From positions 1,922,001-1,986,000 of the forward strand of contig OZ218953.1 in the NCBI GenBank assembly GCA_965112735.1: 64,000 nucleotides of DNA, written 5' to 3'. Positions 50,601-62,295 of the stretch are shown one piece after another. The number at the start of each line of letters is the position of its first letter. Positions within the stretch are counted from its first letter, which is position 1. Source of the DNA: Phaeosaccion multiseriatum (lineage: Eukaryota; Protista; Ochrophyta, other classes). Under the pieces are notes generated by a model. The model was not told where the DNA came from. It did not search any database and saw only the letters and a program-made list of their open reading frames with translations. The position numbers were made by a program, and so were the translations under genes.

Positions 50601-53600
50601 AAGCTGTCGGTGCTGCGCCTCTTCGTGCTGCTCGTACCCCGCCTCGAGGACCCCATGGTACACTGGCCCTTCCTCAGCAAGCTGCTGGGCCCCGTGGGAG
50701 GCAGAGCAGGGTACGTCCGTGTAGTCGGTTGGTTATTCCTTCCGTTTTTCCTTCCTTCCTTCCTTCCATCTGTTGATCCTTCCCTCCTTCTTCCTTCCTT
50801 CCTTCCTTCCTTCCTTCCTTCCTTCCTTCCTCCCTTCCTTATTTCCCTCCTTCCTTCCTTCCTTCCTTCCTTCCTTCCTTCCTTCCTTCCTTCTAGAAGA
50901 GTCGCCTCTTCCCCTCCCTGACCTGTACCACCCCCCTCATTGCGGCCATGTCCTGCTACCATTCACTCCCTCCTCCGTCCCTCCCTCACCCCACACCAAC
51001 CCATCACAGACTGCGAGATATGTCTGTCCGGAGTGGCCTTGTGCAGAGCTTTGTTGCCGTGGGCGAGCATCCCGCCGTGGGCGCGTGCGTCAAGAGCTCT
51101 GTCGCCCTCCTGCTGGAGCTTAACGCGCTGGATTCCAACACGCTCAGCGAAGAAGCCGATATGGACAGAGTGGTACCAGCGCTCAACAGCCTTGGCGACG
51201 GCCCTGTATGGAGAGACATGCTAGAGCAGGGCAAGCAGCACGGCAAGGAGGGCAAGGAGGGCAAGGAGGGCAAGAAGGGCAAGCAGAGCAGCAGCAGCGG
51301 CAGTCATATGGGCAGTGTCACAACTGGCAGCCGAGCACTCATGGCTCCGGTGTACCACTGCTTCTACATGCTGCATGACGAAGGAGGGGCCTTGCGAGGG
51401 GCGGCCACCGCTGCGCTGAGGAAGCTTGTGGAGGTGATTGCGAGCACGAGCTCTCCGCCCAAGGAGGCGCACAGAGAGGTAGGCTCGTACATTGGATTGG
51501 GTGGGTTGTGTGGGAATCTTATATCTTACCTTCTCTTCCCTTCCTTTCCCTTCCCTGACTTGACCTGACGTTGACCTTTCCCTATCTTTCCTTACATCCA
51601 ATCCAAAACCACAGAGCTCAACGCGTGTGTGGGACGCAGACACTCTCCTGACCCAAGTCCTCCTGCCCGGACTCCGAGGCGGGATGCAGGCAAGGACCGC
51701 TCCCATCCGTCGGGGCTACCTCCTTGTGCTGCAGACCGTCGTGAGGCTTTACAAGGACGACAACAGAGCCATTGTGCCTAGTGACTTGCATCGGCACTTG
51801 GCCCGAGAGGATGATCCGGAGGCGGATTTCTTCAACAACATGACGCATCTTCAGTTGCACAGGAGGCAAAGGGCTATCACCATGATTCGCAAGAGAATCG
51901 CGTCATCCGCAGCTGCAGCTACAGCCACAGGTGACATTGATGCTGCTGCTGGTACGGCAGTTGGTAATACAGTAGCATCAGGCGAGGCGCCCTTCCGCAC
52001 GCACACGCTGGTGCACTACTTGCTTCCCCTGGCCATGCACCCCCTCACCGAACTGGAGAAGGTTATTGAGCAGGCCACCGTCGTCGAAGCGCAGGCAACT
52101 GTTGCGGCCATCGCTGGGCAGCTGCCGTGGAGGAGCTACTATCGCACTCTCAAGAACCTTATGCAAATGACGTCGAGAGGACCGAGGGGGAGGCAAAAGG
52201 CGCTGATTTTGGCGGTGTGTGGGGTGCTAGATGCGTGGCACTTTGAAATTCGCCCACCGTCGGAGGAGGAGTTGCAAAGGAGGCAGGAGCAGCAGGAGAG
52301 GAAGGAGAAGGAGAGGCAGGAGAAGAGAGAGAAGGAGAGGGAGGAGCGGTTGCAGCAGCAGGGGAAGGGCAGCAGGAAGGTGAAGGGGAAGGGGAAGGGG
52401 GGGGGGGGGAAGAAGTGGGCCCGAGGCAAAGATATGGAGGAGGAGGATGAGAAGGGGGGGGAGGAGGAGGCGGAGGAGGCGGAGGAGGAGGAGGAGGAGG
52501 AGGAGGAGGAGGAGGAGGAGGAGGAGGAGGAGGAGGGCACAGGGGAGGAGGCAGCATCGTCAGCAGCAGCAGCAGGAGCAGCAGCAGGAGGAGGAGGAGG
52601 AGGAGGCCAGGCAGCGATGGACGAGGGTGGTGGGTACGACGCCGTGTGGGAGGCTCTGAGCACCAAGATCCTGAAAGGGATTAGGCGAATGCTCACTCAG
52701 ACCGTGCTGGACCACACCGGGGAGAAGACGCAGCAGCTCCGAGCACCCGTTGCTCTAGCCCTGGCCAAGCTTCTCCGTCGCATGCCGGAAGTTCACTTCC
52801 TCCTCCACCTTGTGCCTTTACTGACGACCATGGCCAACACGCTAAAGTCACGCGACTCCAACATCCGCGACGTGAGTAGGCACACACTCACCAAGGTGAC
52901 GGTTTCGCTTGGGCCCACGCACCTCCAAATTGTACTCAAGGAGCTGACCAACTCGCTGAGGGCAGGAGGTTTCCAGCAGCACGTGTTGACGTACACGATT
53001 CACACCATTCTGGTGGGTATGGCGGACGTGTATGAGCCCCCTCGGGAGGCGGGTAGCGTGGATGTCAACGCTGCCGATCCTCTGCAGCTGGCTCTGCTGC
53101 CATCGCCGCCGCCGGACAAGAGGCTTGGGATAGCAGAGAAGGAGCTGGGCGCAAAGAAGAAGAAGAAGCTTGGAGCAGGTGGTGATACAGCAGCAGCAGT
53201 TGGCGATAGAGCACAAGGTGATACCGATACCGCAGCAGCGTCGTCGCCCTTTGATGTGGTGGTGCGGCCGAGCTTCGACGCGTGTGTCCCCACCATCGTC
53301 GAGGTGCTAATGGAAGACATCTTCGGGCAGATGGCAGTCAACGACAACCCCGCGGCCACAGGTCACAACATTGCCTCCAACAAAGTAAAAGAGGCGAAGG
53401 GACATAAGGCGCTCGACAGCTTCGAGATTATGGCCCGGTTGCTTCTCTTTCGCCCGAGCTACACTGTCCTGGCCCCTCGTGAGCCGGACTCTCTATCCAC
53501 TGTGCACGCCCTGACAGCCCCTCTGTTGGAGGTGCTTCGGACCTGCGAGGAGGCTTCCTTCGCTCAACGTGTCATCACCAAGGCCAACGAGGCTCTGAGG

Positions 53601-54445
53601 AGGGTGATGATGGGGCTCTTGGCGAACAAGAGTGTCACTGGACAGGAGCTACTACTGTACGTACACGCCACTACTGCGCCTTTCCTCTTGCCGGACACTC
53701 TCCTTCATCATGGCGACTCTGACAGCGACAGCGATGATAGTGATAACGATGACGACGATGATGATGATGACGGCAGCGCTGGTGAAGAAAAGGGGAGGGA
53801 GCTACTTATCGGAGGGGAGAGCCACCGGAAGAAGGGCGGCCCCGGGAGAAGGGACCACCACCAGCAGCAGCAAAAGCAGCAGCAGCAGGCGGGTAAGAAC
53901 AGGCGCCTCCGTCTGTCATGGATGGGTGCGGAGGAATCTTCCGGCGGTGGGCGTGAGGGCGGCAAGGGCGGGGCTGTGGAGCGCAAACAGCGCAAGTGGG
54001 AGGCAGCCAAGGTATCCGACGGCGCCTCAGCCCCGCAGCTCACGGGTAAGGACAGGCACTCTCTAAGGAGGCAGCAGGACAGAGACAGAGCAGCGGGGGG
54101 TGGAGGTGGTGGTGGCGGAAAGGCGCACGCCACCAAAATGCAGCTCACAGATCCTGCAGCGCTGGCAGCGGTGGTGCTCGGATTGGGCCTGTTGAGAGGC
54201 TGCCTGCAGAGGGGGGTGGTGCTGCTCAAGACCGATGTGCAACTGAGGCAGATGGCAGACCCCTTTGTGCCCCTATTGAGTCGCTGCGTCGTCGCCAACC
54301 CACATGACACGGTGGTGCTGCTGGCCATGCGCTCGCTCGGCTTCTTGCTGCAATGGGACCTACCCTCCATGACCAGGTGAAGAGTGTGTGTATGTGCGTG
54401 TATGTGTTGGGGGAGGGGGAGGGGGAGGGGGAGGGGGTTGGGGTA

Positions 54446-54487
<42 letters not shown>

Positions 54488-57374
54488 CTTGTGTACCGTA
54501 CCGCCTTTCTTGTCCTCAAAGGCATCACCATCTGTGTATCTCTCTCTCTCTCTCTCTCACACACACCACACTATCTCCTTCTTCCATTGTGTGTGTGTGC
54601 GCATGCAACAGAGAGGCCCCGCAGCTGGGCCGGGCCATTCTAAAGCTCATGGTCAGGGGAGGGGTGAGTAGAGTGCACGGGGAGCTGGGGCAGGGCTGCT
54701 TCAAGGCTTTGGGTCTCCTCTTCCGGGCCCAAGTAGACCTGTCGGGGGATGGCAGCGGACGGCAGCGGCTCCAGGAGGGTGGTCGCCCATCTGCCGATAC
54801 TGGTGTTGCCGCTGCTTCTCGTCCTTCTCCAGTGCCTGACGCCAATGGAAAAGGAGGAGGAGGAGGAGGAGGAGGAGGAGGAGGAGGAGGAGGAGGAGGA
54901 GGAGGAGGAGGAGGAGGAGGAGGAGGAGGAGGAGGAGGAGGAGGAGGAGGAGGAGAAGGAGGAGGAGGTGCCTCAGTGGCTGGGCTGGCTACGACTCGTG
55001 CCTTTGGACTGGACTCGAAGCAGCTACGCGCTCTCATCTTACTCCTGCAGCAGAGCCTGGCGGAGGCGGACAATCAGAGCGCCACCCTCAACCTGACCCG
55101 CTCTCTGGTGGTAAGTCGCGTGAAAGCGCCAAGCAGCACACCGGGAAACCGACGTAACCGACTCTGACATGAAGAGATGCCAACCCCGCAAGACGAGCAA
55201 GAGGCAGAGAGAGTCCCATCCACCCCCCCAACCCCCGAACCCCAAATCACTCACAACCCCCCCCCCAACCACCCCCCCCCCCCCCTCTCCCCAAACAGGA
55301 CCAACGCGTGCTGCTGCCCGAGATGTACGATCTCATGCACCGTGTTTGTGAAATGGCGGTTACATCGCACCACCCCACGCTCCGCGTCTCCTGCAGCGGT
55401 GTGTTTGTGCAATTCTTGCTGCATTACCCCTTGGGAGAGCGCCGCCTCGAGCTCTACGTGCAAGCGGTGTTCAACGGACTGGACTACGAGTACGAAGAAG
55501 GTCGTCTTGCAGCCTTAGATATGGCCCTCTTGATGCTGACTCGCCTGCCCACACCCGTCCTGGATGAGTTTGCGGAAATCTTCCTCTTGAAGCTTACGGT
55601 GCTCATGGTGAATGATGAGAGCGCAAAATGCCGGGCGGCAGGAGCCGGGGCCACGCTGACGCTGCTCAAGAAGGTCTCTGCGGATATGTTTAACGTGTTG
55701 TTGGGCTATTGCCTCAAGTGGCTCAGGGCAGAGGGGGAAGAAAACACGCAGAAGCCGCAGGAGGGAGGGGAGGAAGAGGAAGAGGTGGAGGAGGAGGATG
55801 ATGATGATGAAGGAGGAAGAGGGGTGGGAGACGGAGCCCATCCCCCCTTGGACAGCAGCGAGAAGCTGCTCTTCAGGACCGCTGCCCAGAGCGTGGGCTA
55901 CTTTGTGCTGGCGCGGCCCGACCTGCTCAAGAGGCAAGCACCGAACTTGTGTGCGGTACTAAGGGCGCTGTTTCGAGTCCTTCCTGCGGATCGCTTGTCC
56001 GTCTCAGATGTGGCAGGTGGAGGAGGAGGAGGAGGAGGAGGGGAAGGAGGGGGCGAAGAAGGCTGGGAGCTTGTGTACTACGCTGTGGTGTCGATAGAGA
56101 AGCTTTTCGCGGCCCTGCCCGGAGCTTGCGACGCTTTCTTGCTGAAAGAGCAGCAGCAGCAGTTGGTGATACAGCAACGGCAGGACCGCAGCGGCAGTGG
56201 TGGCGAGGGTGGTGGAAAAGGGACAGGTGGAGCCAGTGCGAGTGCCAGTCCGATGGCCAGGCTGACGGCGTGTCTGCTTTATCCGCACGCGTGGGTAAGA
56301 CTGGCCTCTGCGAGAGTGTGGGGAGTGTATCTGTCGAGACGGAAACCCCAGACGCTGACCACTATGACCACCAAGACCACGGAGCAGCAGCAGTTGGTGG
56401 TACAGGAGTATCTGCTCCAGCCTGGCGCCTTGTTCCAGCTCTGCAGGCACTCGTGTGCACAGCTGGACAGGAGCGGCGCTGCTCGGGCGTTACGGGAGCA
56501 GGGTATCAAGAACCTCGTGTTCATTGGACAAGCCTTGGAGTACCCCGCTAATGCCGCTTTGTGTGCCAATAACAACAACAGCAGCAGCAGCAGCAGTGGT
56601 GGTGGTGGTGGTAGCAGCGGTGTGCATCGTAGTGCGGAGAACGGCGTGGCTGCTGAGGCGGAGGCAGAGGCGGAAGGGGAAGGTGACGGTGAACAAGCTG
56701 GTGATACAACCGCAGCAGCAGAGAAGGGCACGGATCCTTTGGCGTGGCTGTTTCACCGCATGAGTTACATGGCCAAGGGGGCTGACGAGGGGCAGCGATC
56801 GATGGTGTTCCAATGGTTCGGCCTCATGTGTGGGCTTTTGTCAACGCAGACGATTACACGCTTCCTCCCACACATGTTGAGCCCTCTTCAGAGGGCCATC
56901 AACGAGAGCAAGCAGCTGGCACAGGGTAAGGAGGAAGCTGCGGCGGTGAGGGCGGCTGCGGGCTCAAGGCGGGAGGATAAGCAGCAGCAGTATCAACAGG
57001 GTGTTGGTGGGGGGCGGGGGGGCGGGTCTGGTTCTCGCGGTGGCGGTGGTTTCGCGGCCCCCGAAACCTCAGCAGAGGTAGCAGCAGGAGGAAGAGGAGG
57101 AGGAGGAGGATCAGGAGGTTCACAACTGGCGGCGGATTTGGCCATGGAGGTGGTGGAGCTCCTGGAGGAGGTGTGTGGGGCTGCTGTTTTCCTCGAGGCG
57201 GCGACCAAGGTCAATAGGAGTGTGGCAGCCAAGAGAGAGAGTCGCAAGAGGGAGAGGGCCGTGCTTAAGGTCGTGGATCCGGCGGCGGCGGTGAAGGCTG
57301 TGAGCTCGAGATCGGAGGACAAGAAGCGGCAGAAGAAGGCACAAATGGAGCGGCGTAAGAAACAGCGGCGGTAG
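44564..57374 (+). CDS. UTP20: Small-subunit processome component UTP20 (HEAT/ARM repeat, DRIM domain)
   Basis: Exons 44564-44911, 45034-48937, 49104-50710, 51010-51478, 51615-54376, 54612-55110, 55299-57374. Motifs CKELN...QSLPELLHH, DPEADFFNNMTHLQLHRRQRA, LKSRDSNIRD, GFQQHVLTYTIH, FLLHYPLG, LDYEYEEGR. Needs a 1-nt correction at about 48181-48185. An alternative ATG lies at 44462. Confidence 0.93.
50745..50893 (+). repeat. Intronic (CCTT)n array in UTP20
   Basis: Direct inspection. Confidence 0.9.
54853..54968 (+). repeat. Near-perfect coding (GGA)n run (poly-Gly) in UTP20
   Basis: More than 30 consecutive GGA units inside exon 54612-55110. Confidence 0.9.
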
Positions 57375-57812
57375 GTAGGTAGCAATGAGGGAGGGGGGTT
57401 GAGGAAGTAAGAGGTGAGAGGGGCGAGGGAAGAAGGGGAGGAGATGGAGAGGCACTGGAGACAGTGGCGGTGGGGAGATAAAATGGCGGTAAAGAGGGGG
57501 TGAGGGGAGGGTGAACAAGGAGACAAAAGCACCGGAGACAGGGTAAGAGAATGTAGTGAGATAGGAATGTTCGGCGGCGTCATGCCCCCAAATATAATAC
57601 TACGTCGTACTATTGAACAGAGGCCCGCGTGTGTGTGATGTATATTCCATACACAGTATTTCAATTCTCTCGGTCCTGCCCCCCCCCCTTCCTCTCAAAG
57701 CAGCTCCCAGTCTCTTAGCTTGTGTTCTAATTTCTCGAGCTGAGGGGGGGGGGGGCGGATATAAACAAAAACGCAAGGAGGGAGAGACAAGAGTAGGGTA
57801 GGGGTACTTCGG

Positions 57813-59362
57813 TTAGGCAGCCGCGACCGGGAAAATCAGCTGGCGCAGTAGCACAGGAGGAGGAGGAACAGGAGTAGTAGTAGTAGTCGTAGTAGTAGTA
57901 GTAGTAGTAGTAGTAGGAGGAGGAGGAGGAGGAGGGGCAGGACGACGACGAGGAGAAGCAATGACGAGGGACGGCTAGAAGACCCCAAGACAAATACAAA
58001 GGAATATGTTGCCTTTGGCTTGTCACAGCCGCCCTGCCTGCCACCTTCGCCGTGCTCACCTCGAAGGTGACTCTCCGGAAAGCCGCCTCCAGAAGGGCCT
58101 GGAGGGCACAGGCAGGGCAGGGCAGGGCAGGGCAGGGGAGGGGAGGGGAGGGGCAGGGGTGAGGGGATACCGGGGCAGAGCATAAAGTTCAGTTCGAGGA
58201 CACACGCACTTTGCAGCTCCTCCACAGTAAGGCTGCCCTGCCTGTCTTGCCTCCATTGCCCCATCTCACCTGGAGTTTCTCAGGGCCCCCTACGTCCTGC
58301 GCGGCCGCCTTGCCCACCTTCTCGAGGTTAAACGCAGCATCTCTGAGGCGTTTCACCATCAGGTTGGCAGCGGCGCCTTTGATGGCATGGCCAATGCGTC
58401 CGCAAGCCACGGTCTCGCCCTGCAAGAGCAGAGAGGGATCGCGAAGGAGATGCGTGGTGAAGGCGGGCAGTGGTGGTGAGTGGCACACGGATGGACAATA
58501 TGTGGGGGCTAGGGAGGCATGGTGAGGGAGTGTGAGGGAGAGTGAGGGAGGGGGGACAGGAAGGTATAGACCATGCCGTGTGCACGCACACGTCCACGTG
58601 CGTACACGCTGCAAAGGCGACCCTATATATATACGCATGTATGTACAGGCCTTGACCACCCTTGGCTGCATTGCACTTCACTGATTGGTTGCACCGAGGG
58701 GCTTCTTCATCACTCACTCACTCGTCTCTCTCTCTCTCTCTCTCTCTCCATTCACACCTCACCTTGGGCACCTTCTCTGTGAGGTCTGTAAGATGGTCCA
58801 TTGTCTCGTTCCATAAGTCTACAAGCAGCTCCCGTAAGAACTCCTCGTCCCCAGAGCACTGCTCCACTGCTTCATCCCACGCTACAACCTAATATATATA
58901 CATACATCCCCACCACACCGACACGAGACACCGGCGGACAGCAGCCCGACGCGTGCGTGCGTGCGTGTGCGCACAGACGGAAGAAAATTAGCATAAATGG
59001 ATGGGATGGAAGGAGGGACAAGCGTGCGTGCGTGTGCGCACAGACGGAAGAAAATTAGCATAAATGGATGGGATGAAAGGAGGGACAAGACAAGCACAAC
59101 TCAGAGCTCTTTTCAGCCACCCACCCACCTCATCGTCGGGCTGCGGCAGGGGAGGACTGTCCTCTAACGAGGGCTCAAAGTTGTCCTCAACCACCACCTT
59201 CGCTGCAGCAGCCTTGCCGTTCAGTTCCTTCGCAGCTACTGCACCTGTCCCGCTGCTGTTGCCGGACCGGCCGCTCTTGTCACCTACCGCCGCCGCCGCA
59301 AGGGCTGGATCTCCTGCGGGGTTCGAAGGGGCGGAAGATGGTGCCGCCGTTGACACTGACAT
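57813..59362 (-). CDS. Histidine phosphotransfer (Hpt) protein, YPD1/AHP-like; possibly fused to the upstream gene
   Basis: Exons 59362 (or 59407)-59129, 58888-58763, 58419-58270, 58098-58060, 57839-57813, all phase 0. WDEAVEQCSGDEEFLRELLVDL and GHAIKGAAANL (HxxKG phospho-His at 58387-58389), then LRDAAFNLEKVGK. Confidence 0.85.
58955..59088. repeat. 67-bp tandem duplication in an Hpt intron
   Basis: 58955-59021 and 59022-59088 are identical except for one base. Confidence 0.9.
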
Positions 59363-59407
59363 CGAATGGACCTTCTCCTCTGGGGCTGGGGAAGCAGCAG
59401 AAGGCTG

Positions 59408-62000
59408 CTAGAGAGAGAGAAAGAGAGAGAGAGAGATACAGACGACAAACACATCACACACAGGAGGATACAAGTAACGTACGCGGGTCAGGAGCCACGG
59501 AGAGAGCGAAGCTTGCACAACGAGTCCATCGGAGGCTACTGCCAATGGCGTTTGGTTCGCGACAAAAGCTTCTTCAGGAGGGGGTGAGTCGAGTGACGAG
59601 AAATACACACATGGAAGAGTAGTCAATGCGAAGGTAGAATGGTGGTAGGTATGTAGAGAGATGAGATATATAAGTATGTACATAGATAAGACACCCTCCG
59701 CAGCCAGCAGCAAGTCGTTCACCATTGTTTGTCTCTTGTCTTGTCTTGCCTGCGTGTCACCGTCCGGTCCGTCTTCGCCAATGGGTACCGGCCACGTCCA
59801 CACCATGCCGCTGTGGCCCACCTAGTGGAGGAAAAGAGGGAGAGGGGGGGGGAGGAGAGGGGATGAGATGGGAAAGAGAGAACGATGGAGAGAGAGCGAG
59901 AGAGAGAGAGAGAGAGAGAGAGGGACACCCAGTGGAGAAGACAGGGAGAGGGAGGGAGAGAGCGGGAGAACAACGGACAAGAGAGGGAGAGGGAAGGGAG
60001 GACAAAAAAGAGCGGGGAGAGAAGGGAAGAGAGAGGCACCAGAGAAGAGAGGAAGACAAAGGGACAAGAATGGGTGAGACACGATCCACCGGAGGAAGGA
60101 AGGGATGGGGGGTTGTGCGTGTGTGTGTGTGTGTGAGAGAGAGAAAGAGGTGGGAGACACGGGTAAATGCCAGAGTAGAGAAGAGAGGGTGGAGAGAGAC
60201 AAGAGAGAGAGAGAGTAGAGGAGAGAGAAGGGGGAGAGAGTTGAGAGAGAGACTCTATTACCTTGACGTTGGCGCTGGCCACCTCCTTTTGTGCTGCGCT
60301 TCCCTCAGTAAAGAGGGGGTTGGTGTGATTCATATGAATGAGCACCACTTCCGCTGAGCTCCCTTTCATACGTTTCAGAGTGTCGGTCACAAGCGGATGA
60401 GGAACCTGCCCACCGGTAGTTGACAGTTGCCAGTTGGGACACAGGAGAGGGGGAGGGGGGTGGGAGGAGGAGGAGGAGGAGGAGGAGGAGGAGGAGGAGG
60501 AGGAGGAGGAGGATAGCGGAAGAAAGTGACACAGGACACAAAGGTGAGGCGATAGCAGCAGCAGGAGTAGGGGACAAGCAGAGTAGCAACAAGAGGACAA
60601 AAAGGCCGGGAGAGGGTCCAGGCCATCCAGATGGCAGTCCATGCACGAAGGCCAATCGCCAGCAATGCCTCCTGCTCGCCCTCCCACCTGAGAAATGTCC
60701 CTCCCCCCGAGCTCCCCCTCGCCATAAAAGGTGGCGTCCAAGAGCGCCACTTCACACGCGTTGCACAGCTCTGACACATTGACTTCCCATCCCTCCCACG
60801 TGTCTGTGTCTGGGCAGTACAGCATTTGCATGTCGCCCCGGCCGCTCACTGAGACCAGAAAGGCCAGCTGAGAGTATCGGAATGGGAAGGAAGGAAGGAA
60901 GGAAGTAAGGAAGTAAGGAAAGAAGGGGGGAACAATACTAATAAGTCAGGCGGTCATTCTTCCTCGCCCACCCACGGAAAGATCGAATCCCCCTGCCCCC
61001 CCCCCCCTTAAGACTAAGCACCACATCAGTCTGGTTCATCAAAGGGACTGACGATTCTTGTACATGCATGTGTACACCACTCGGCTTGACTCCATTGGAC
61101 TTGACTTGACTAACCGTATCTGTAATGTCTTCTCTGTGCGGAACCCGTACAGGTGTAACGGCAAGGTTTTCAGACAGCATGACCTCGGTGAGTGGAGTGA
61201 GCTCATGCAGAACAATGCAGCCGTCTGTCACTAGCGTGGACCAGGGTAGATTACTGCTGATGAAGGCGGCCATTCGGGCAGAGCAGTACACGGGTAGGCC
61301 CTGCACATTCGCCCCCTCCTTGCCGAGTTGCAGCAGACCGGCGTAGTGCCCTGTGTGTGCGTGTGTGAGGAGAAGGCCCGAGAGCTGCCCCTTCCCCCCC
61401 GCAGCCCATCCCTTCTGCGTCGGCCCCTGCACCCAAGCTTGTAGGTCGGCCACTTGGCTTCCAATGTCAGGAGTGGCGTCAATCAAGAAGCATTTGTCGC
61501 CGTCCACAAGACCGAGGCTGGTCACTCGTCCGTCTTTGTAGACGCCGATCGATCTGTGTAGCCAGCAAGCACAAGAAGGGAGATGTTTAGTGCGTGCGCG
61601 TGTATGAGAGTGTGTTCATGAGGGTATGTGGGTCATAGCGGCACTTGTTCTGCGGATCAGGAGGCGACGACGAACACACGCCAAAAACAGCAAGTCATGT
61701 AGAGACAGGGCTAGAGCAGACAGAATAAGAGAGTACATTCATAGAAAGGGAGACAAACTCCCCGAATGGCAGCAAAGGCACCCAGATAGGGCCAGCACTT
61801 TCCTCTCCGGTTTTCTTCTTTCCTCCCTTTCCTGAACCTTCCCTCCCCCCCCTTCCCCCTTTTCCTCCCCCCTCCCCCCCCTCCCTTTCTTCTCACCTTG
61901 CTCTAGCGCAGTTGCAGCAGTTACACAGCGTCTGAGGCACGCCCCCATCCTGCGCGCAGCCCAAGAGCACCGCGTGCACGTTCCCTCCTGTGGGCCCCAT
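59408..62000 (-). CDS. PqqB-like metallo-beta-lactamase-fold hydrolase; 3' end uncertain
   Basis: Exons 62000-61897, 61553-61115, 60867-60688, 60405-60262, 59821-onward are in phase. Motifs LGCAQDGGVPQTLCNCCNC, FLIDATPDI, LTHAHTGHYAGL, VPHR, YCPDTDTW, LLDATFY, PHP, IHMNHTNP. Confidence 0.85.
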
Positions 62001-62295
62001 ACGATGGGCGGCCAAGTTGACAACGAATAACTGGACCAGTGCTCACCGCTGCCAGAGCGCAGCGGTAAGGGTGGGGTCGAACAAAGGCGGCGTCCACTCC
62101 TGTCCGTGTCTGTGTCTGTCGTCTCCCTCCCTTTTTCCTGACCCTGGCTGTGTGGCTTTTTCTCGCGTACAAAAACGCACTTGAAACGGAAAGGGGGATG
62201 ATGATTGAGCGGATTTGGCGTGTTAGGGATATATATTACACCCTTAAGTGCCATCTATGGTTGTCTAAAAGTAATGTCTCACCGCCCCGGGGAAC

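Noticed and set aside
57813-62000. PQQ biosynthesis operon or bacterial contamination
   Set aside because: Both genes have spliceosomal introns with host-type microsatellites, and no other pqq genes are present.
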